Shown piece by piece: positions 52,768 to 64,000 of a DNA stretch of 64,000 nucleotides (position 1 is its first letter; each line of letters opens with the position of its first letter). The notes below the pieces were generated by a model, which was not told where the DNA came from, ran no database searches, and saw only the letters and a program-made list of their open reading frames with translations. The stretch comes from Eledone cirrhosa (Eukaryota). Location of the stretch: positions 266,290,001 through 266,354,000 of the forward strand of contig OZ024742.1 of assembly GCA_964016885.1 (NCBI GenBank), in the 5' to 3' direction. The position numbers and the translations under genes were made by a program.

Positions 52768-52960
52768 TGGATTGGCAGTATCGGTAGAGGGTCGGACACC
52801 ATGCTTTGCAGCAAAGAGTTACGGTCCTTTATGGTCTGAGTTCAAATCCCGCAGAGGTTAACTTTGCCTTTCATCCTTACAGAGTCGATAAAATAAAGTA
52901 CCAGTAATACACTGAGTAATTGCTGGCCTTGTGCCAAAAGTAGAAACAATTATTATTATT
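52768..52960 (+). mobile_element. SINE-like repeat copy
   Basis: Same family as 55365-56115. Confidence 0.85.
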
Positions 52961-53191
52961 GTTACCTCATCCAATCTAACTAATTCTTACTTATTAATAC
53001 CCGTCGTTAAAGAGGTACAGAGGTCTGCTTATGATAGTTATAGAGGGTGTTGGAGGTCCTACTTAGTAAAGGTGGTATTTATTTGGGTTACCGTATATAC
53101 TCGGATATAAGCCGAGGAATAGCCGACCTAAAAGTCGATGGTAAAATAGAAGGTTGGCTAATATACTTAAACAAGGTGTTGATTAGCTGCC

Positions 53192-53720
53192 TCAGTGGGA
53201 AATAATTATTTTTCCTCGTATTTTTTTCTCATCTGAACATGTCGCAAGGGACTTTTTCCCCAGGAAAACGAAGGGAAGAGGGGACCTAGGACTTACCATT
53301 AAACATTTTTTTTCATGTAATATATTCGTTTTTTTTTGTTGTTGTTAATAGTACCTCATGACAAATATTGTAAGGGTTAGAAATAGGATAGGTTTAAGGT
53401 TAAATTTAGGGGTTAGCGTTAGTTTGGAGGTCAGATTCGTCGCTAACACGTGAAAAAACTGTTTCTCAACAAACGTGTCGATCTGCAAAACTTTGAGTGG
53501 TTTCCTCTCCTTTATCTACAAAGCTAGTCGTGTCCGACTGGTCCGAACATTTTTTTAATGATACAGAAAACTCCTGTGGGTGAATGGAGGTAAATCCGAA
53601 GCCCTCCCCACACTCACTCTCCGTTTTCTGGGAAAAGTCCTTTGCAGCATGTTATTCGGAGGTTATATTAGTTGACAGTACACAAGAAATTAACGAGGAA
53701 AAATAATTATTTCCCACTGA
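53192..53720. mobile_element. Foldback/MITE-like element with 28-bp perfect TIRs and a central TTAGGG-like tract
   Basis: tcagtgggaaataattatttttcctcgt / acgaggaaaaataattatttcccactga; inner IR ggactttttccc/gggaaaagtcc; ttaggggttagcgttag at ~53406. Confidence 0.8.
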
Positions 53721-54268
53721 AATCCAGAAGTGTGTTGAATAAATTTATCAAAATTACATCATGGTCAACTTACTAACCAACTATAAACGATTCTTGAAGG
53801 ATAAACAGCAAAGTTGGCCGTGTGGCGGGTTTTGAGTTTAAATTCCACATACGTCAACTTTGCTTTTCATCCTTTAGGGGTCAATATAATCGACTGTTTC
53901 TTTTCTCCAATATTTGCAGCCTTCGGCCTATGTTAGAGTTCAATATTAGAGACTGTATGTAAAATCCCCGGCTTGTTGCGCCCTTGTGGCTAATAAAGAA
54001 ATCAATATTAGAGATATAAATAACAATGACGTAATAACCAATATAGGTTTAAACTCACCCACCACCCAACATCTAAAACAAGTTTAAACTTCATCGCTCG
54101 TTTTCTATTGCAACCTGCTATCTTTTTCAATACACTATCACTACCGTACTTAACCACCCACTCTGTTACACTCTTTATATCTTTCTCTGTAGCCAAAACC
54201 ACCCTCTCCTCTAATCCTTTATCCCAACCTCTCAACCAGATTTCAACAGGTCTGTCTATCTTTCTTAC

Positions 54269-54322
54269 TGCCAGTCTGTTTGTCTGATAGGCTATGTTTG
54301 TAAATGAAGTAGGTAGCGCCAT
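54269..54322 (-). CDS. Candidate exon 1 of an unidentified divergent gene, MALPTSFTNIAYQTNRLA
   Basis: acgATGGCG start context; 54 bp then a |gtaaga donor, phase 0; head-to-head with NT5C. Confidence 0.45.
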
Positions 54323-54740
54323 CGTTATCGTAGTTTAGTACGAAAAGAAATACCACTACCACCAGTAGTATCTACTTACTATAACAACTAACTCTTCCTT
54401 TTCGTTCACTATTGCTTAACCGGCCATCTAGCCGCTGAATTTCTCTCTTAATAATATATCAATATTATTGGCCTCTCGACCGTGGCGTCACACCGATCTA
54501 CCTCATGTTTTTTAATTGTAAATTAATCAATTTTTACAAACAAACACAATTATGTAACGATAATAATAATAGTAATTAACGAACATAAGTAATCTGTTTA
54601 TCGTATTTTCTGCTTATTGTCACTGTCAAATTTATTCGCTTAGTAAGTGAGAAACATTTAAACTCTACCAACAACAGCCACAACAAAGAAAAGAAAAGCA
54701 AAAACATAAGAGAGTAAAACAAGAACATTTAAATTGAAAC
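54323..54740. promoter_or_regulatory. Promoter/5' UTR region of NT5C, possibly bidirectional
   Basis: Repeat-free ~420 bp between two divergent ATGs. Positional inference only. Confidence 0.4.
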
Positions 54741-54971
54741 ATGCCTCGGTTAGCTGGGACCGAACCTACGGTGGTGACAACATCACCACAACCGCCATCA
54801 CAAAAGAAGCTAATTGCTTTAATTGACATGGATATGGTACTGTGTGACTTTGAATCGTACTTTTTGGAGAAATACCGCGAAAAGTATCCAACTGAACCAT
54901 TTGTGCCATTAGAGGAACGTTCCCAGTTCTACATTCGAGAACAGTACGCCACAATACGACAGGATCTTTCG
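54741..54971 (+). CDS. NT5C: 5'(3')-deoxyribonucleotidase (NT5C/NT5M family, HAD) coding exon 1; later exons not found in the window
   Basis: LIDMDMVLCDFE..FLEKYREKYPTEPFVPLEERSQFYIREQYATIRQDLS resembles VDMDGVLADFE..EPHVPLEQRRGF..EQY..LRPDL. In-frame upstream TGA at 54735; |gtgagg donor. Confidence 0.92.
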
Positions 54972-55364
54972 GTGAGGATTGAACCGAGATATATCTCGTT
55001 GTTTTATTTGTTCGTGTAACTTATATTGGCGATCTTGAAGTGTAACATGCCGTTTTCACCTTAAAGGCGAACGTCCCATTTGAAATTTATTAGCTTTCAC
55101 TTTTCTCCGATCAATTTTCCGTTTGTTTAGGATCACACGTTGTGCCAATTATTATATGCTGTAAATTACATATGTCCCTGGCTGTAACTAAGATTTACCT
55201 TATTGTACATAAACAATATTGTCTACATTTGTTTAAAAATATTATTTTTGTATCAATATCGTTATTTATTTAGAAGTTGCCAAGTTAAAACGAAACTTTA
55301 AGAAAAAGTTAAGTTATTTACATTCTCAATTATCCTTAGTTTTATTTTTACTACGTACTTAATC

Positions 55365-56115
55365 GGCAGATTGGCAGTATCGGCAGAGGATCGGGCACCG
55401 TGCTTTGCAGCATAGAGTTACGGCCCTTTAAGATGTCGATAAAATAAAGCACTGAGATAATTGCTGACCTTGTGCCAAAAGTAGAAATAATTATTAGTAT
55501 CGGTAGAACGTCGGCCACCATGCTTCGCGGCATAGAGTTTCGGCACTTTACGTTCTGAGTTCAAATCTCACCGACGTTAGCTTTGTCTTTCATCCTTACG
55601 GGTCGATAAAATAAAGCAGCAGTAATGCACTGGTGTCGATTTAATCGACTTTCCCCTCCCCTAAATTGCTGGCCATGTGCCTAAAGTAGAAACAATTATT
55701 ATGGATTGACAGTATTGATAGAGCGTCGGACAATATGCTTTACAGCATAGAGTTACGCCCCTTTACGTTCTGAGTTCAAATCCCGCCGAGGTTAGTTTTG
55801 CGTTTCATCCTTATGGGGTCGATAAAATAAAGTACTAATAATGCCCTGGGGTCGATTGACTTTCCCTTCTCCCCAAATTGCTGGCCTTGTGCTTAAATCA
55901 GAAATCATTATTATTGGCAGTATCGGTAGAGGGTCAGACACCATGCTTTCCATCATAGTTACGTCCCTTTACAATCTGAGTTCAAATCCCGCCGAGGTTG
56001 ACTTTGCCTTTCATCCTTACGGGATCGATAAAATAAAGTACCAGTAATGCACTGGGTAATTGCTGGCCTTGTGCCTAAAGTAGAAACAATTATTATTAGA
56101 AACAATTATTATTAT
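55365..56115 (+). mobile_element. Four head-to-tail copies of a ~200-bp SINE-like family
   Basis: Units start at ~55365, 55496, 55703 and 55915, each cagtatcggtagag..gagttcaaatc..gtcgataaaataaag..ccttgtgcc..attatt (first copy internally deleted). Confidence 0.88.
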
Positions 56116-56230
56116 TCATTTACAAACTTTAAACAAAAGTTAAAAGTTTTACGAAAATGGAAATGGTGCGTTATATCCTTGGATCGCCTCCTAATTATTT
56201 ATTTACATCAGCTACTTTCACACACATTAG

Positions 56231-56369
56231 TTGACTAAAGAAATTTTAGCCTGATAGTGGGGTTTAGAACCCTCTAAGAAATGGAAAAAGATGCGTATTG
56301 ACGACTCATCTTTTTCCATTTCTTTCAGGGTTCTAAACCCCACTATCAGGCTAAAATTTCTTTAGTCAA
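56231..56369. repeat. Near-perfect palindrome (~63-bp arms, ~13-bp loop), MITE-like
   Basis: ttgactaaagaaattttagcctgatagtggggtttagaaccct..agaaatggaaaaagatg and its reverse complement. Confidence 0.9.
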
Positions 56370-58329
56370 AACATACAGCGAAAGCTTCTATTTCTAATTT
56401 CAAATCTGCTCGCTGTTTCAAAACAAACTTACACATTAGCTGTTTTCATTTGCTTATAGCTACAAATAATTTTATCAAAATCAGTGAGTTCCAAACACAC
56501 TCAGGAATTTGTTATAGCCTTTGTTTAAAGTTATCAACAGGTTATTATTAATTAAAAGGCACTATCTCAAAGTTATCTCAATAAGCAGCTTCCACTGTAT
56601 TTCATCTGTTGTTTTTATATTTAAAATGTATATATTGGCGCTAGTCCAGTTCCCCCACCACTCTTTGCACTTTCATTTCAATTGAGTCATTCCACAGATT
56701 GATTGTACTTCAAAGGGCCAGCTTTTTACACTGAATGTGCCTAAGAATTACGTTAAGGCTACACGTGTCTGTGGAATGACTCAACTGAAGCGAAATTAGT
56801 AAATGGATACTTGCTCAAGATGCTGGTATCGAACCTGGGGCCTAAGCGACGTCTTAACAATTTGATTGTTGCATCCTCGTTGGTTAAATTTCAGTTATTG
56901 ATTTTCTGTCTTCAAATTTTACTCGCACTTTCTTAATACATGCGAATAGTACTTAACCTGTCTACAGGCAAATAATACTTAGACTTAACCTGTCTTCAAG
57001 AGGAAAATGTTTTGTTACGCTAAAATGCACTTTGGGTTTCAGTTACATTGAACATTCTGAGTTCAAATCCTGTCAAAATTAATTTTGCATACACCACCAT
57101 TCTAGCTTAGTGTCTATGTTAGAAGTTATTGTTATAATCCTCCTCATTATCATCAACATAGTGAACACCACCACCACTGTCATCAGCATCACAACCACCA
57201 TCATAATCGTGGTATTATTAGGGAAATGCAATGGCAGTAATTGTGATTTTGCAGTATTTATTTACTTTGATCTCTATTCCCAGTTCAAATTTTTATCTAG
57301 GTTGACTTTTAACATTTTGTACTGCTCAGAGTCAATAAATTCAATTGACTGTACTCATCATTACAATTTGTGATCATGTAGTATTCTGTCAATGTGTGGA
57401 GCTCCAAAATCTGTGGAATTGTGTTTTGTAGAATTTTACTGAACATCTGTTGTTGGATAGATCTGGTTAGCAGATCAGGCGAACCATCTTCCTTTGATAA
57501 AGGGCAGGCAGTTTCTTTTGTCTGGGGCATTTATATTATTCTATATTATTCTATATTTACTATTTTATTTTCATGGTAAAGGCTTTACCTCACATAATTA
57601 TCTCACATAATATCGAATCTATGAGATTTTGATATTATTTATTTTGAGAACAATACCTTAACATCAGTTGAGCGGCCAGTTACAGTCAGTTTGAACAGAA
57701 AAAGGTGAGAGAATTCTGGCCGGATACAGCCAGTTTAAATGCTAAAGGGTTAACTCCTGATGGAGTCTTAGGGATACCATCCTGACACACGGCGTGTTTT
57801 GGGTATTTTACACCTAGCACATTGCACTTCTATGCAGGCGGAATACAACTGATTTCCTCCAAAAAATGAGAATCAACCCTAGTACTGGAGTGGTACTTTA
57901 TTTATAACCTTGAAAGAGTGAAAGGTAAAGTGTTCAGATGGGCTGGTGACCCACAACTCACATTCAACCTACTACTGAGTGTTTTTTATTGTGACACCAG
58001 CACTAGAGAGGTTGTCATGTATTTCACACAACTGAATAGTCCTCTCTGCCCTTTGTTTGGCAGGTTTTCTACATCTGGATGCTCTTCCTACACAAACCAC
58101 CTCACAGCAGGTACCAGGTGCATTTTATTGCAGCACTGTCACTACCACCTAACAGGGTAAACAGGGTCCTTTTATTGTGGCACCAGTGCCTCCAGTTTAC
58201 AAAATTGGTTGTGTGCATTTATTGTGGCATCAGCACATACATATACATATAGAATGAAAATCAGTGGTGTGATGATTGAGACATTTGTCCACTCAAGAAA
58301 GCTCTGCATGTGAGTGGTGTTACACTGAT

Positions 58330-58855
58330 TCAGGCAGAGAAGTTTAAGTGATGGAAGGCAGGAGTGACTTAAATGCAAGAATTGTTGAAGTTGGTGCATT
58401 ACTGCATCAACTTCAGCACTTGGTCATCAGAAGAAAGGAAGTAGGTAGAAGAGCCAAACTTGCTATTTTCAATTCAGTGTTCATGCCAACCTTTACCTGT
58501 GGTCATGAATCTTGGGTAATGACTGAAAGAATACAATCATGAATACAAGCAGCTGAAATGAAGCAGCTTCAAAGGGATTTTGGAGTAACATTACTCGATA
58601 GGTTAGTGCTGGCATTTCTCTAAGAGAGATCACAGCTCTGCTACTATGGACATGTGGTCCAAGGAAAGAATCGCTGGACAGATTTTATGGGCAAAGCCAA
58701 CCAGCAGGAGACCTAGAGATAGAGACAGACAACAAACAAGATGGTTGGATAACATCAATGAGCTCAGTTGGTCTCACTTAGGGATCCAGCCAGATGCTTC
58801 TGATAGGACCCTTTAAAAGGCATGAATGAGGATTCTGCTCCCACAACCCTCCCAG
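58330..58855 (+). mobile_element. Decayed RTE-like LINE 3' fragment
   Basis: KLAIFNSVFMPTFTCGHESWVMT..QAAEM..YYGHV. Confidence 0.75.
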
Positions 58856-59011
58856 AAATATATATATATATATATATATGTGTGTTTGTAGATAGATAGA
58901 TATACATATATCATCATCATCATTATTTAATCTTTAGTAAGGTGAAGCTTGTGTCTTGTGTGACACTGTTGTCAGAGTAATAAAGATTCAAGCTTGGCCT
59001 TGATAAATATA

Positions 59012-59216
59012 TATATATTAAACTTAAGCCAAAATCTTATTTTGGGGGGAAACAATCCAAATAGCTGTTTCCAGCGTCAATACAAGACAGTCATATTACC
59101 GATGTTGTACCTGGAATTCCAGAAACCATGGTCAGGGTATTATATAAGTTAAAGCTGACTTTTTTTAGCCGATTAACCTTATGTTCCCCCAAAATGAGAT
59201 TTTGGTTTAATATATT
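59012..59216. mobile_element. Short foldback/MITE
   Basis: atatattaaac..ccaaaatcttattttggggg versus cccccaaaatgagattttggtttaatatat. Confidence 0.6.
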
Positions 59217-59917
59217 CTAATACTTCTCTAAGTGCATAATTTGTTAATATATCTTATCATTTCATTGAGATATTTACGTATTAGAGACAGTTCACTTTAT
59301 AGAGTTATAAATTTATGTTTCCTTGACTTTTATATATATATACACACATGCATAGACATATATTATGTGCGCACTCATATACTTATACATATGTATAGTG
59401 ACCTATATACAATAGCTCCCTCCTCTACATCTCCACAAAAGTATAACTCAAAAGACATCAAGAGGAGACAGTCTAACATATTTTACCATCATACTATTAA
59501 TTTTGGAATGAAGAATAACCTCTATAAATATTCACCTTATTCCCCTCACATTCAACCTACTTACCTCCATCATCCTCCCCTCTAATATAAAGAATTTGCA
59601 TCATTTTTAGCATCTGGTTACCTTTATATATCCCTACTATGGCTTACTACAGCAAGATAGATTTATGAAGTGTGACCTAATTCTCTACATTTGCAGGTTT
59701 ACTCTATATTCTCTCAGATACACATTGATACAGATATATATTCACACCTACACTCATACCCACATAGACATAGATGTATTCACAACACATACACATACAT
59801 ACACATCACATTTCTGTTTGATTCAAACTATGTAAGCATGCAAAAATGGGTGTAAATGATGATGATGTGTATGTGTGTGTATATGTCTGTATGTATATGT
59901 GTGTATGTGTCTGGTTG

Positions 59918-59970
<53 letters not shown>

Positions 59971-59999
59971 CTTTATCCTTGCTGGCATAGATATATATG

Positions 60000-60492
60000 T
60001 ATGTTATCAAAAGTTCAGGGATCTATTACAGTTGTATGCTGGCAACAAAGGGATTCCTTTTCTAAACGAAGGGAAGATTGTTTGATGCTTGTTTATGATG
60101 TAAAATGCTGCATGGTAGTGAAACATGAGCATTGACTGTTGAGGATGTACAAAGGCTGGAAATAAATGTGACCCGCATGCTCGACTGGGTTTGAAATATT
60201 AGTTTGTGAAGGATGGAAAATAAATGAGCTGAGAGAAAAACTGGCTATAAGTGGAACAAGAAGTAGTGTGTAAGAGAGATGGTATGGACATGTGATTCAT
60301 TTGAAGAATGGCTACTTGTTAATGAAGAGCCAGGTGATCCAATTTGAAGGAAGTCCAAAGAAGATGTGTGCAGAATTCATGAAAGGTGATTTCAGAGGGC
60401 TGAACTTTGGGAAGGAAGTAACAAAAAACTATGTTGATTGGTTGCATGTGATGCAAGCATGGAAAAACGGTTATAAAAATGATGATGATCAT
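60000..60492 (+). mobile_element. Decayed RTE 3' fragment
   Basis: aaagttcaggga..catggtagtgaaacatg..atgagctgagagaaaaact, homologous to 26470-26760; (ATG)n tail. Confidence 0.75.
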
Positions 60493-61335
60493 CGCTTTTA
60501 CGTTCGTTTTTATGATGATTATATATATAAATCATTGAAGTTGTAATCAATTGCACACCTCAACACAAGTCAAATTATTTGAGGTAGTCTGTATATTGTC
60601 AATGATGTGAGAAATTAATTCTTTAGGATAACAGGAAGGTTATATCTCTGACACAGTTGAAGAATCTACATGATTCTTTGTTTGGCAGGTTTTCTATGGC
60701 TAGTTGAAGGATAGAAAGACAATAAGTATATCATGGGTAAGTGACAATTGGTGGGATGGGAAGGAGCTTGACTAGCAGGATGTTATGGGTGTGCTGGAGT
60801 TTGACAAAATGATGAAAGGCAGGTGATAGGTGGTGGTGATCCTGGGTAGAGTTGGATTTACATTGATAGTGAGAATATTTACTAAGGAGCGACAGTGGGA
60901 GGGGGGGGGGGTATTGGTCAACTCATATTCTTATGTTGTCAATTTTCTCCAGTACACATGATGTATGTCATCGCTATCATGAAATTCAACTTCCTAAGGC
61001 TGGTCTTCATCTGGTCAGAGGGAATAAGCTCCTCCTCTGTGTGAGTGTGTATTAGTGTCTGAATATGTGTGAATGGATCATAAAAGGCTGAACCTCACAG
61101 AGGAGATAACAAAACAATTTGTATAGAGTGACTGTTGGAAAATACTTATTCAACCTATGCCAGCAAGGAGAAAGGGACAGAAAGATAATGATAGTATATG
61201 AATCATCACCATCATCATTTAACATCCATTTTTCCTTGTTGGCATGGGTTACATATACAGACACACACCCTTACATATCCGATCTAACAATCTATAACTT
61301 TGGAAAACAGATGTTATAAGGTGATGATGATGATG

Positions 61336-61371
<36 letters not shown>

Positions 61372-61511
61372 AGTAAAGCAACAGAGTAAAGGACTTGCGT
61401 ATAACCTTGTAATTTAATGAGCTGAAAGGAAAAAAATTTCCTGGGCACTTCAAAATACAATATAGATAGGAAAAACACAGGAGAGTGTGTTTTCATTTAC
61501 AGGAGCTATAA

Positions 61512-61559
<48 letters not shown>

Positions 61560-61677
61560 TAGTGGCCTCCTGGCCTTTGCCCCGGTCTGTACTGTGCTCA
61601 AATCTATTTATAAGGCACCTATTTAACAAAGGGTATTTTTAAAGAAATTGTTAGATGGATTAACAAGATTATTAGAT

Positions 61678-62175
61678 GAAATAACAAGAATAGTGATTTA
61701 CTTCATATATAAAGGTTTACTTCACTTGAGTCAAAATATAGAAGAATAAACATGAGTAAAAAAGAACAATAATCAAGTTACCACGAGTTGCGAAGGTTGA
61801 CAATGTTATTTTGTTGTTGATCTGAAAACAGCGAGCGACCAGATAAAGATTGTTGCTGATTGCAGTCCGTGGTAGTAGTTCTCGTCGAGAGTCTGGTTTA
61901 GTCTGAGACCAAGAGAGAGAGAGGGTAATGGTCTGTAATTGACTGTAGACCACTGGGGCCTGAAGGTAGCGGTGAATCTTTACATAGCTTGTTGTAGGCA
62001 TAATGCTCCGATCTCTCTGTATCTAAGGTGGGGAAATATAGGCTTTGTATACCTGTCGCTTTCTGTCTCCCTCCTTGAGGGGATAGCTCACGCATGAACC
62101 TGTTCACACCAAAAGGGTGGTGACCTAGAATTTGACTTCTAGGTGTCACCCAAGGTTCAAGGCGTGGACAGATTT

Positions 62176-62180
<5 letters not shown>
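61678..62180 (-). mobile_element. Second copy of the LTR-like repeat at 52054
   Basis: The reverse complement reads agcgaaatctgtccacgccttgaaccttgggtgacacctagaagtcaaattctaggtc. Confidence 0.7.
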
Positions 62181-63876
<1,696 letters not shown>

Positions 63877-64000
63877 TCTTAACCCCTCTCCTTGCTTTAT
63901 TACCTACCATATCTTTTTTATGAAGCCTCAGAAGTTTTTCTTGTTTTGTATTTTCTTTTTGTTAAAACTAATTTTCTGAAGCTATTTACAAATTTTTCTG

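Noticed and set aside
54008-54322. 104-aa single-exon ORF
   Set aside because: Only the first 18 codons, before a GTAAGA donor, are plausible; the remainder has no recognisable similarity.

Overview
AT-rich, repeat-dominated eukaryotic (animal) genomic DNA. The repeat mix (RTE LINEs with (ATG)n tails, tRNA-derived SINEs, Penelope-like elements, long (TA)n tracts) suggests an octopus-like cephalopod; this is an inference. Two host genes are recognisable. One is a complete 4-exon CEP20/FOPNL gene (+, 20900-32340, 132 aa). The other is the first coding exon of an NT5C/NT5M 5'(3')-deoxyribonucleotidase (+, 54741-54971); a candidate divergently transcribed spliced gene starts about 420 bp upstream of it. 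The first 9.6 kb holds a 904-bp satellite, a GTTAGT satellite with a 756-bp higher-order repeat, and a decayed set of duplicated acidic exons. The rest is a patchwork of decayed CRE, Gypsy, RTE, R4, Tx1, Penelope, Helitron, MITE/foldback and SINE copies. The most notable signal is a set of about 9 type-I hammerhead ribozyme motifs from about 6 unrelated sequence families, found in Penelope-like or non-coding elements. One has a U3-A8 covariant core, and two pairs sit in inverted arrangements. All alignments and folds were done by eye, and repeat boundaries are approximate.
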